Below are positions 11,045-21,908 of a stretch of 64,000 nucleotides of DNA, piece by piece. Under the pieces are notes generated by a model, which worked only from the letters and a program-made list of their open reading frames with translations, was not told the origin of the DNA and made no database searches. Position numbers and translations under genes: made by a program. The DNA comes from Tubiluchus corallicola (taxonomy: Eukaryota > Animalia > Priapulida), in assembly GCA_030141605.1 (NCBI GenBank), contig JAQGDQ010002369.1:496001-560000 (forward strand), written 5' to 3'. Position 1 is the first letter of the stretch, and each line of letters starts with the position of its first letter.

Positions 11045-11114
11045 TATACCGTAACCTTCAATAATCGGTGCGTTGACGCTACCCAGGACCGATTCTTGAA
11101 ATTGATTCGGTATA
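11045..11114. repeat. 70-bp ERIC/MITE-like palindromic element with TA termini
   Basis: Nested inverted repeats TATACCG/CGGTATA, TTCAA/TTGAA and AATCGGT/ACCGATT. Confidence 0.6.
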
Positions 11115-11157
11115 AATCCGATTCATTAAAAACTTGCTAAATGATATCCAGAAACAA

Positions 11158-11979
11158 ATGATAGGTTTCATGGATCAGAAAGTAGGCTTCATCGGTTTTG
11201 GACACATGGCTCAAATTCTCTGCAGGGCGATTTTGGACCAAAAGCTCATTCGATATAAAAATCTATTTTTTACACGAAGGAATAAGGAGAGAGCAGAGAA
11301 GGATGCGAAAGATTTACAGATTACATTTCTTAGCCTTCAAGAGGTTGTCTCTTCGGCTGATGTTTTGATCTTCTGTCCTCGTCCGCAAGACATTGAAAGT
11401 GTTTTTGATTGTGCTGATTTTTCATCCTGTAATGCTTCTCTTTTCATCACGATTCTTGCCGGGACTCCTATTTCCTACTTTGAGAAGAAGTTGGGACCGA
11501 AAGCTGAAATCCTTCGGATCATGCCCAACGTTCCCATTGAAGTGGGGGAGGGGATGAGTGCCATGTCGCACAATACTCCCTTTTCCAACGAGAATCTCGA
11601 CTTGGCAAAGAGAATTTTCTCTGCCCTTGGTGATGTTGAGGTAATGGAAGAAAAGTTTTTGGATATCGTAACAGGTCTATGTGGAAGTGCTCCTGCACTC
11701 ATTTATCAACTCATCGATGCAATCGCTCAGCCAGGAATTAAAGAAGGACTGAACCCCCAAAAAGCCTTGAAGATGGTTGCGCAGACTTTCATAGGAACCG
11801 CAAAATTGATCAAAGAGGGAAGAGATCCTCATCAGATGACAGACAGTATGCGTCTGAAAGGGGGAGCTACGGTTGAAGGGTTGAAAATCTTCGAAAACTC
11901 TCCCATTAAAAAAAGTCTGGAACTGTCTGTAAAAGCTGTGATCGAGCGAGCGAGAGAACTCTCGAAACACTCTAGCTAA
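11158..11979 (+). CDS. proC: Pyrroline-5-carboxylate reductase
   Basis: GFIGFGHMA Rossmann motif, RIMPN, TGLCGSAPA and GGAT. Start uncertain (11134, 11158 or 11170). Confidence 0.88.
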   Translation: MIGFMDQKVGFIGFGHMAQILCRAILDQKLIRYKNLFFTRRNKERAEKDAKDLQITFLSLQEVVSSADVLIFCPRPQDIESVFDCADFSSCNASLFITILAGTPISYFEKKLGPKAEILRIMPNVPIEVGEGMSAMSHNTPFSNENLDLAKRIFSALGDVEVMEEKFLDIVTGLCGSAPALIYQLIDAIAQPGIKEGLNPQKALKMVAQTFIGTAKLIKEGRDPHQMTDSMRLKGGATVEGLKIFENSPIKKSLELSVKAVIERARELSKHSS

Positions 11980-12018
11980 ATTTCTTATCGAATAAATTCC
12001 TTTTTCACGTTATTTTAA

Positions 12019-12978
12019 ATGGCAATTATGGAAGAGCGAAAAGTTGTCATTATCGGATCTGGGCCTGCGGGGTATACCGCAGCGATTTATGCAGCCCGGG
12101 CAAATCTCAAACCGCTTCTTTTTGAAGGATTTCATTCGGGGCCTGCAGGTGGTCAGCTGATGACCACGACCGATGTGGAAAATTTTCCTGGGTTTCCTGA
12201 GGGAATTTTAGGGCCCATGATGATGGAGTCGTTTAAAAAACAGGCGCAGCGGTTTGATACTACAGTTCTTACTGAAGATGTTGTTTCCGTAGATTTGTCA
12301 AATCACCCCTTCATTGTGAAGGGAACGAAAACCGAAGTGAAGGCCGATGCCATCATCGTCGCTACTGGTGCTACAGCCAAACGGCTCGATATCGTTGGAG
12401 CTAGAGATGGGGAGTATTGGCAAAAAGGAGTGACGGCTTGCGCAATTTGCGATGGGGCTGCTCCCATTTTCCGAAACAAACATCTTTATGTGATCGGAGG
12501 AGGGGATAGTGCTGTAGAAGAAGCTGTCTTTTTGACGAAGTACGCCTCCAAAGTATTCATCGTTCATCGAAGAGATGAGCTCAGAGCTTCTAAAATCATG
12601 GCGGAACGTGCCAAAAAACACCCTAAAGTCGAAATCCTTTGGAATCAAGTGATCGATAAGATCGAAGGGAATGAGATCGTCGATAAAGTCACATTAAAAA
12701 ATGTCCAGTCTGGAAAAATAGAGGTTAGAGAAGCAGGGGGAGTCTTCTTTGCAATTGGCCACAAGCCCAATACTGATTTCTTAAAGGGACAACTCAAAAC
12801 AAACGAGCATGGCTATTTGGTCGTAAAACCGGGAACTTCTTACACGAACATTGAAGGTGTTTTTGCTGCCGGAGATGTGCAGGACTTTACCTATCGGCAA
12901 GCAGTGACTGCTGCCGGATCAGGTTGCATGGCTGCGCTGGATGCTGAACGTTGGCTTCAAGAGAAAGGGTTGATCTAA
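12019..12978 (+). CDS. trxB: Thioredoxin reductase
   Basis: GSGPAG, CAICDG active site and GGGDSA. Confidence 0.96.
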   Translation: MAIMEERKVVIIGSGPAGYTAAIYAARANLKPLLFEGFHSGPAGGQLMTTTDVENFPGFPEGILGPMMMESFKKQAQRFDTTVLTEDVVSVDLSNHPFIVKGTKTEVKADAIIVATGATAKRLDIVGARDGEYWQKGVTACAICDGAAPIFRNKHLYVIGGGDSAVEEAVFLTKYASKVFIVHRRDELRASKIMAERAKKHPKVEILWNQVIDKIEGNEIVDKVTLKNVQSGKIEVREAGGVFFAIGHKPNTDFLKGQLKTNEHGYLVVKPGTSYTNIEGVFAAGDVQDFTYRQAVTAAGSGCMAALDAERWLQEKGLI

Positions 12979-13784
12979 TGAAATGGAAATTTCTTCCGTT
13001 TTTTCTTCCCTTTTCCCTATTTGCTTTGGAGGTTCAACCCTGGTTCGGAGATGTCTATGAATTTCATCTTTTAGGCGGCTACTCCTATAGCCGTTATACA
13101 AAAGTAGACTCTGCAGTAGATCAACTGACTAGTGCATCCAATGATCATCTGCTGTTTTTCGATCTTGAGTTTTCTTTTTCTCCTCAGTGGAGCGTCGACT
13201 TTGACCTCGAGTTCACCGATACTCCCAGACAGTCTTTCAGTTACCGCAGCAGTGCTGTTCAGGCTCGGTATTTATGGATGGATGATATCATCGGCGATAC
13301 TGTCAGTCTTGCAACAGGTGTCAGCATCCGTAATACATCTTCAAGAAGTTTGAAAGATGTAAGCTGCCCTTATGAGGGAAATTTTGATTTCGAGGCGAAT
13401 ATATCGGTAGGAAAAGAATTCGATACATTCCAGTTTTGGCGTTATCGTTTTTGGGGTTATGGAGCTGTCGGGCTAGCTAACCGGGGCTCTCCCTGGTTTC
13501 GAGGGATAGCCTCTTTCGAGACCAATTACAGAGACCTTCACAAGTTTGGCGTTTTCATCATCGGCAACCACGGTTATGGAAGAAAGGATACTGTGAACAT
13601 CGCTAACTTCTACGGATATGCACGCATTCGGGAAAAGTATTTCGATCTGGCTTTTCGTTATGGATATCGGGTAGGTGTTTGGGGAACTTTGCGCCTAGAA
13701 TACAAGAGAAGAGTATTGGCGAAGAGATGTCCTGAGAACGTAAACACCTTTATGATCAGCTTTCTTCTGCCTTTCTCTTTTTAA
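12978..13784 (+). CDS. Putative outer-membrane beta-barrel protein
   Basis: Signal peptide [16 protein letters not shown], aromatic-rich alternating strands and C-terminal F. Start overlaps the trxB stop (TAATG). Confidence 0.65.
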   Translation: MKWKFLPFFLPFSLFALEVQPWFGDVYEFHLLGGYSYSRYTKVDSAVDQLTSASNDHLLFFDLEFSFSPQWSVDFDLEFTDTPRQSFSYRSSAVQARYLWMDDIIGDTVSLATGVSIRNTSSRSLKDVSCPYEGNFDFEANISVGKEFDTFQFWRYRFWGYGAVGLANRGSPWFRGIASFETNYRDLHKFGVFIIGNHGYGRKDTVNIANFYGYARIREKYFDLAFRYGYRVGVWGTLRLEYKRRVLAKRCPENVNTFMISFLLPFSF

Positions 13785-14868
13785 TCTATAATTTCAAACC
13801 CGCGGTCCACTTCAAACTCTCTTCGATCTGCATCTTCAATCACGTGGTGATCAACTACAAGGGCCATTTGCTCTGCAAGGGTACCCATAAATTCAACAAG
13901 TTCTCTGGCCATTTCCATACGTCTTTCCTCAGGTCTGTCATGAATTTGTCTGGAATCTAAGCTGATTTCAGCAAAGCTTTTGTCTGCTAAGAAATCCCGG
14001 ATGACTGTTCCAATGTGTACGCCACAGCTATGAATATCATGCTGGAGACGGATATGGTTCTGGAACATCTTTCTCTTAGGAACATTATATTTTTGCATCA
14101 TGTATCTCATGACTTCTCTTACATGATAGGATTGTTCATCTCTACCAATCATGTTCTCGGGATGATCGATCGAGAATCCTTGAGGATCTACATAGTAAAG
14201 CTCATTCTTTGCTTTGTCATAAACGATCATCACAATATGAGTGCCATGTTCCGATCCTACTGCTCTTACTTTTTTGTAAGGACTAAAGGGATGAATACTT
14301 TTGAAGCATTAGGATTGCGATTATGAACAAGGTCGATATGCGCTTTCATTTGCTCCAAAGTAACATTGGTCTGATTAGGTCTTTCAGTTGAGATTTCTGT
14401 GGACAGTTGCTCACTAATGAAAACAGGACTACGTTCGTCCACAGGGATCTTGCTTTTTAGGAACTCTATATAAGAAGTAAGTGCACGATTTCTCATGTGA
14501 CGCCCTGCTTCTAGCGAAAGATTTTTAACGGCATAATATGTATCTTGATGAAGACCTGGATTCTTAATTCCTTCCGGTACTCGATAGGTTTCTGGAATGC
14601 CCAATTCCTGAAATGTTTTAGAATCTTTTGTGAAAAGGGCGCAGAATCTCAGCCAATAAGATTGAATGATCATTCCCACATAATTGAGCCAGTTAGGAGC
14701 AACGTCTTTATTGTTCCAATATTCAAAATTATAGGTTCGAACACCAGCTGCATGGATTCTTCCCTCAAAATCTTGAAGAACGGGAACTTTGCATTCTTGC
14801 TGAAATCCATAGATTCTACGTAAAGTTTCTGGGTGGGTCATTGCCATTGCCGGCATCCACATAGCCAT
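13781..14868 (-). pseudogene. CE-clan (Ulp1/ChlaDUB-like) cysteine protease split by a -1 frameshift at A_AAA_AAG TAA (14270-14275); pseudogene or recoded gene
   Basis: Joining the two ORFs gives VFIPLVLTKK|VRAVGSEHGTHIVMIVYD...YYVDPQG...LQHDIHSCG, which has the His-Asp-Gln-Cys order of CE-clan proteases. Confidence 0.75.
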
Positions 14869-15113
14869 TATATTCTCTTCTCTGTTATTACTAAGTAATT
14901 ATCATGCCATAAAATCTTGTTAATTTGCAATAAACTTGTAATTAATTATAAAGTAAGGGATTACGAGAGGATGTTACTGGGTAGAATAAAGCCTGTTTGA
15001 TGATATTCTTTATGTTCCATCAGTAGCCATTAAGGAGTTTCTTTATTCTTTTGTTGTCCTAAATTTTGCTTCGAGAATATGCTGCCAGCCTTGTTTTCAA
15101 TATAGGTAGTAAA

Positions 15114-16313
15114 ATGAGAGCTTTTAATTTGTGTATTCTTTTGGTCCTTTCACTATCATCAGGAGCTTTTCCCAGAGAGAAAAAGGATCTGTTTTGGACT
15201 GCTGAGTGTGTTTCTTCCGGCCATCCTGATAAAATGGCAGATCAAATCTCAGATGCTATTCTCGACGCATATTTATCTTTGGACTCTTATGCAAAAGTAG
15301 CATGTGAAACTCTTCTTAAGGGAGATACTGTCGTTATAGCAGGAGAAATAACTTCTACAGCTAAGATTTTTGTTGAAGAGATTGTTCGCAAGACAGTTCT
15401 GAATATCGGATATAACGCTTCTTCCAAAGGAATAGATATGGGTCAGTTCAAGATCATCAATCTTCTGTCAGAGCAATCTCCAGAAATTAATCATGCTGTA
15501 GAAGATGGCGGAGCAGGAGATCAGGGGATCATGTTTGGGTATGCAACGAATGAGACGAAAACATTCATGCCTCTCGTTCAATATCTTTGCCGAAAGCTAA
15601 TGGATGCTTATGAAAAGTGTCGGGATTCTGTGTTCTGGATGTACCCGGATGCAAAAACTCAAGTGACTATTTATTATAATGAAAAAGGAAACCCGGAAAG
15701 TATTCCCTATGTTGTGTTCTCATTGCAGCATAGTGATGAAGTCTCCCTTGAAGAGGTAAGGGATGGTTTCCATTCGACAGTTTTTCCCCATTTCTTGGAG
15801 TCTTTAGAACCAGCTGAACGAGCACTTTTTAATTCCGAGACAGAGTTCATGATCAATTTTGCAGGTGAATGGAATTTGGGAGGACCAAAGGCTGATGCTG
15901 GTTTAACGGGACGAAAAATAGTCATTGATCAATATGGACCGGATTGTCCGATTGGTGGAGGAGCTTTTTCAGGAAAAGATCCGACTAAAGTGGATCGAAG
16001 TGCAGCCTATATGGCCAGGTACATTGCCAAAAATATTGTCCATTCCGGCTTGGCAGATGAAGCAACTGTTCAGCTTTCCTATCTTATAGGAAGAAAAGAT
16101 CCCATTTCATTTTGTGTGAACACGCACAATACTTCTAAGACGTTATCGGATCATGAAATTACTCAAAGAGTCAGTGAGTTAATCTCTTTAGATTCTGCTT
16201 TCATTATCAAGTATTTTGATCTCAGACGACCTATTTATCAAGAAACTGCGCGAAGAGGTGCTTTTGGTTATGAATCAATTCCTTGGGAAAGATTAGACCT
16301 TTTCAACCAGTAA
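15114..16313 (+). CDS. metK: S-adenosylmethionine synthetase with an N-terminal hydrophobic extension
   Basis: GHPDKMADQISDAILD, GAGDQG, GLTGRK and GGGAFSGKDPTKVDRSAAY motifs. Confidence 0.93.
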   Translation: MRAFNLCILLVLSLSSGAFPREKKDLFWTAECVSSGHPDKMADQISDAILDAYLSLDSYAKVACETLLKGDTVVIAGEITSTAKIFVEEIVRKTVLNIGYNASSKGIDMGQFKIINLLSEQSPEINHAVEDGGAGDQGIMFGYATNETKTFMPLVQYLCRKLMDAYEKCRDSVFWMYPDAKTQVTIYYNEKGNPESIPYVVFSLQHSDEVSLEEVRDGFHSTVFPHFLESLEPAERALFNSETEFMINFAGEWNLGGPKADAGLTGRKIVIDQYGPDCPIGGGAFSGKDPTKVDRSAAYMARYIAKNIVHSGLADEATVQLSYLIGRKDPISFCVNTHNTSKTLSDHEITQRVSELISLDSAFIIKYFDLRRPIYQETARRGAFGYESIPWERLDLFNQ

Positions 16314-16318
16314 TGAGG

Positions 16319-16347
16319 GAGGAGGCTAAGAACCCTCCTCTTTTTCT
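16319..16347 (+). terminator. Rho-independent terminator after metK
   Basis: Stem GAGGAGG/CCTCCTC followed by TTTTT. Confidence 0.65.
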
Positions 16348-16360
16348 ATTTCTATCGATC

Positions 16361-19300
16361 TTAAAAAGCCCAATCAAACTCAATCTCTCCGTTATGAGAG
16401 ATATATTTATGTCCTACTACGATTTCATAGTTCATAGAGAAGGAGGCTCCATTTTTGAAGATCCCTGATAGCCCTGCTCCTCCTTGGAACTGATCTCTAT
16501 CCTTATGGAACGTTTTTACTGTTAGGGTCCTACAGCAGCAACCTTCCAGGTTCGCATCGATGTGCCCTCTTGTCACTGGGGTCTCATGAACATACCCAGC
16601 ATAAATTAAGGGCGTCCAGCAGGATTTTTCAAGCTGGAAATCCTGAGAAATCTGGATTGTACCATTGAACCGGACCATTCCTAAATAGTTCCACTTTACG
16701 AATAGATTGAGGCTATCCGATCCGCTCTCTTTATAGCCCTGTTGGAAAACATTATAAGAGTCAACGACTACAAAAGGACGTATGAGAAACCCTGTTGCAT
16801 TGAATAAATTGAAACCTGATTCAACGCGACCTGTGGCCTCTCCACCCCAATGATCGTTCTTGGCTGTCCGATGGAATGTCTGCAAAATCAATGTGTCTTT
16901 TGACATCATAATAATTTCCAGAGCCTAACACAGTCCCTAGGACGTACCATAATTCGCTCATATAGCCTGAGAAGATTCCTCCGTAGAGGTTATGCTGATC
17001 ACTTCTTCCAAATCCATGATCCCACTTCAAATTGGAATAAATATAGGAGATGCCTCCTCCAAGAAACGCGTGATTGCTGAAAAGATGGTGGGCTCCAAAA
17101 ACAGAGCCTACATTCCAGTTGTCAAAACCAAAATTCTCTTCTGCCATCCTTTGATTGATGTAGGATCCAACGGGTTCTACCCAAACAGTGGTTCCTTTCT
17201 CATCAGCACAGTAGGTCTCATCTTTGCATTCAGGTTTTTTGGTTAAATTGCAGAAGTAAAGTTTCCCTACCTCTTTGCTGAAGGCGTTCATCACACTGCG
17301 GCTATTATTGTAATTAACCAGAGAAACAGCTCCAAACTGAGCTGGAGAGAGCCCTGCTAAAGCCATATCCAAACCTGCCTGATCGAGAGTAAGAAGATTG
17401 ACTACAACGTCGGTCAGATCAGCATTGCCTGCTAGAGGACATCCCTCTAAAAATTGGGCCATTTTCTCTGCATTTCCATTGATGCAAGGAGGGAAGACTT
17501 CTCCTCCTGCGGCTAAAATTTCTAAAACAACGGAGCCAGGAAAATAGAAAATATCAAAAGTGAAAGTTTGTCGACTTGTGACGACAATATTACTAAATGT
17601 ACCGATCACATTGGCTGCTTGGATGATGGTATATTGTTGGCCAACAGAGTAGTTTCCTGGGAAAGGAAGAATTTCTAAGGTTCCATCCAAGTTCGCATTG
17701 CCTGTTGCGATCAACAGGTCTGTATTCCCTAGATGATCCAATTCATTTTGGAGTGTTCCTCCAGGCCCTTGGGTAAAGTTACCGATGACTGTTAGGGTTC
17801 CAATAGAGGAACCAGGGGTTACAATCCCGTTATTGATGGTGGGGCCTACCGAACCATTTCCTCCTAAATAACATCCTAGATTCACTTCAATAGGACAGGG
17901 AAGGATTCCATTGACTAATAGGCATCCTCCGTTCACCTGAGAGTTTCCACTAAAACCAGTACTATCTCCTAGAATTTCGATCGTTTGATTCCCTGCTTTT
18001 TCGATTCCTCCTGTTCCTGTAAAGGTTCCTTCAAAAGTGCAGCGGTTAGGATTGGTGATCGTTAGATGGTTAGCTCCTGTGTTTACAATTCCTTTTCCGT
18101 CGAGGTCTCCGATACCTCGATTTCCTGAAGCAGAGGAAATATCAAACTCAGAAGTAGTTTTATCTAAATGAACACTCACACTAGACGATAGAGCGCCATT
18201 TCCAGATAGATCGACTTTTCCGTCTTGGATATTCATCAATCCAATGAAACTGCTAGCTTCTTGAATATCTAAAGTTCCTGTTCCTGATTTGAGAAGAGTA
18301 GTTGCTACTGGAGTTCCAGATGCTTCTATTCCTTGAAGAACCGTAGACGTCTTACTCGGATCTACATGGATCGTTCCCCCTTTAGAAGTGATGGATACTC
18401 TCTGTGCAGTAACATCACCTATGACACGAAATTCAGCTCCATCAAGGTTTACGATGGCGTTTCCAAGATTTCTACTCTCTGCAACGGTAAGGATTCCTCC
18501 CTGTATAATTGCACTGTGAAAGTCATTCGTTCCAAGAATTTCTAAAGATCCTATGCCTTTCTTCGTTAGAGTATTGCCAGGTCCAGTGATGTCACCATTT
18601 AACTTGAGCAGCTGCATACTATCTACGTCTATGATTCCTGAGCCGTAATTTAAAGTGATGGGGCGAGCCGTTATAGTGGTGTTTGTGACATGAAGAGTTC
18701 CATCATCAAACGTAAGCACTCCAGCTGCGGCTCCAAGTGTATCTTCGGCAAGGTTTAGGGTAACTCCTGATGTTAGAGTTGTTCCAGCAGAGTAGTCGTT
18801 TGCGGTATCTGTTAAGGCAAGAGTTCCAGGGCCTTCTGCTGTTACTGCTCCTGTGATTTTACCTGATAAGGTTAGGGTTTTTGTGCTATCTATTTTAAGA
18901 TGAGCGTTGGTATTGGAAGTAACCCCTCTTGCAGAAGTAAAGGTATCGGTGGCTTGCAACGTTGCATCATCGAAAGTTAATGCTCCTGCTGGATCTCCCA
19001 ACATCTCATTTTTTGATACCTGCAAAATACCACCATTAATACTGGAATCCCCTGCATAGGAGTTTGCATCATTTCCTAATACTACGGTTCCTGTTCCCTC
19101 TTTGGTTAGAGTTCCTGTTCCTGATATGGTTCCCGCGAAGGTGCCGGTAGTGGCTTGATTCAAGATTAATGAACTATTGTTGGCTACATCTCCAGGGATA
19201 CTATCTGTAGTTCCTTCTAGGACTCCAGCAGTAACCGTTGTTCCCCCTGAATAGGTATTTGTTCCTGTGAGTGTTAATTTACCAGGGTCATCTTTTGTAA

Positions 19301-21282
19301 GAGCTCCTGCTCCGGTAATTGTGCCACTTAAAGTAAGTTCTTTTGTATCCGCTACTTTAATGGTTCCTGCAGCTGGAAATTGGACTGGACGATTTGTGGT
19401 GAACGTATCGAGAATTTCTAACGTTCCACCATTAAAAACTAGGTTTCGGTTTCCACTCTGCCCCAAATTATGAGAGGCACTCACCTGAACTGTTCCATCT
19501 GAAATCATGAACCTATTCAGTCCTGTAAGAAATCCATTAATGATCGTTTTAGGAACAGTCATGATACCTGGTCCTGTCTTATCTATGGTATCCCCATTGA
19601 TAGATGCATTTGAGGTAAATGTAACTCCATTATCAACCTCAATAATGGAATGTCCTAAACACCTGAATCCTCCATCGAATGAGAATGTCCCAGTCACATG
19701 GACTTTTGCATTATCCGAGATATCGACACCCGAGCTGGGTAGGTTTTCAGTTCGTGTAACCTTTATCTCTCCTTCTTGTAATTTTATTGGACTGATTACA
19801 GGATTGACCGTGTGTGTATTTACAGCAGTTATGCCTAAGATACCTGGACCGTTCTTGACAAGGGATTGAACATTGGTATCCCCAGGTGAAGTCCAAAGTC
19901 CATTCCAGGTAACGGTATTTCCAGCTGATTTCAAGTTCAGCATCATTTTTTAGATGAATATCATTCAAAGACTGAACTCCAATTCCACCTCCAATACTTT
20001 TTCCTAAATTTTATTGAGCAGTAATGATGACTTTTCCAGCCTGTATTCTTGTCTCATCTCCAGTGTAGGTATTTGCTAGATTAGAAAGATCTAATATTCC
20101 AGGACCATCTTTTACAAAAGTACCTCCTCTAGAACCACCAGCTTGCTGGTCACTTTCAATAGGATTAGGAGGAGTAATAGTTATTCCAGAGGAAATATTG
20201 AAGGTTAGGTTCCCTCCTGACATCAAAAAAATATCTTTTCCCAAAGCTTGACCATCTGTTGCTCCAGAGCCACCAGCTGTACCATTTTGAACCGAATTAC
20301 CCGAAAAAGGACTTATGGATTTGCTATAAACCAAAGTTGCAGTTCCTGATTCAGAAACAAATAGAGCGCCTCCTAAACCTGCCCCTCCGCCTCCAGCTCC
20401 TTGGCCCATGCTCGGAGCTGTTTGACCATTTCCCCCAAATGCGCCTCCTGTTCCACCAGAGCCTCCAGTTTGACCGGCGCCTCCGCCGCCACCACCAAAA
20501 CCTCCGATTCCTCCATTTCCCCCTGGGGAGCCTGTTGTAGAGTCTCCAGAGCCTCCACCACCGCCGCCAAAGCCTCCATTTCCTCCTGGAGTATTGACAC
20601 ACTTGCGCTGCTACCTCCTCCTCCTCCTCCAAAACCAGCAGCCGAGGGAGGGGGTCCTCCATTTCCACCATGATCACCACCACCATTTGCACCAAAAGCT
20701 CCAGTAGTCTTTGCGCCATTTGGGGAGAGAAAATTAAAACTAGCTCCTCCTCCTCCAGCACCTCCTGATCCAGCTGGGACTGAATTATCACTAGTGCTCC
20801 CGCCATTTCCTCCTTGGGATTTGTTATCTGAAAAACTGCAGCCATCAATAGTCAGTGAAGCATTTGGAGCAACGAAAAGGGCTCCTCTTGCTCCTAAACC
20901 ACCACCACCTGCTCCTCCCAGCACAGCAGCTAGATCTAGCATTTCCCCCATTCCCTCCTAATGCTAGTCCATTAGAGATAATATAATTGTTGATAGTTAC
21001 TGTTTTTCCATTTTCAATAACAAAAGCTCTTTGATTATTGGCATTTATCTCTTGTGTTCCTGATGCAACATCTATTGTAATATTCTTTGATATCAAAGGT
21101 AACGGGCTAGCTAGCTGAATGGTTCCAATACCTGTGTTGGCCCTGATGATATCACCGTCATTAGCAGCTTGAAGAGCTGCCCTTAAACTACCCGCTCCAC
21201 TATCATTATTGTTCGAAACTGAGATTGTTGCAGCATTTGCAGATAAGAAGCAGAAGCAGCTAATAATCTTAGCAATCTTCAT
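16361..21282 (-). pseudogene. Large type Va autotransporter (about 1640 aa if restored), disrupted by four frameshifts and one nonsense codon
   Basis: Signal peptide, DSGAGSLRAA N-terminal motif, Gly-rich region, passenger-strand repeats (LTKxGxGxLTLTGTNTYSGGT) and a beta-barrel ending FDWAF. Lesions at about 20918, 20600, 20011-20013 (TAA), 19928 and 16873. Confidence 0.85.
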
Positions 21283-21377
21283 AAGAATCTCCTGAAGTTT
21301 GTTCGATTTTTTTTTTAATTTAAATAAAAAGCAAGGAAAAAATTGAAAAACTGAGAGGTAGTAGAGTGTATTCAGTG

Positions 21378-21761
21378 TTAATTAGCTACCCAAATAGCGA
21401 CGGCATTGGCATATTCGTCGCAGTGGGAGATAGAGAGGAGGATTTTAGGGTCTTGAAAACGTTCTTTGAGAGCATCAGAGAAGTGGATTTCAGGCTTTCC
21501 ATTCTCCTCTTTGAGGATTTCGATGTCGTGCCAGGAGGCCATTTTTCCAAAGCCAACTCCAAGAGCTTTGACGATCGCTTCTTTTGCAGCGAATCTTCCG
21601 GCAAAACGGGGGACAGGATCTTTGTACTTTAGACAGTATTTCTGTTCCTTCTCTGAAAAGAGACGGTCCAAAAAGTGACGCCCATGTTCATCGATGCTTT
21701 TCCGGATGCGATCGATCTCGATGATGTCATTGCCTAAGCCGAGAATAGCATTGCGATTCAT
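21378..21761 (-). CDS. acpS: Holo-ACP synthase
   Basis: GLGNDIIEI, AGRFAAKEA..KALG and SISH motifs. Confidence 0.94.
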   Translation of the reverse strand: MNRNAILGLGNDIIEIDRIRKSIDEHGRHFLDRLFSEKEQKYCLKYKDPVPRFAGRFAAKEAIVKALGVGFGKMASWHDIEILKEENGKPEIHFSDALKERFQDPKILLSISHCDEYANAVAIWVAN

Positions 21762-21908
21762 AAAAACCTTGGCATAGATGGATTCAGATTTTTTTTTCTG
21801 GCAAAGCGCAGAGCGCGGAGGCATCTTGGATTAAGCTGCTGAGCGCGAGCGCGAAACCAGAGGGAAAAAGATGTGTTCAGATAGGCAAGGTTATTGTGAA
21901 ACATAATG

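Noticed and set aside
20351-20848. Glu- and Trp/Arg-rich ORFs in this interval
   Set aside because: They are alternative-frame readings of the Gly-rich (GGN) autotransporter segment.
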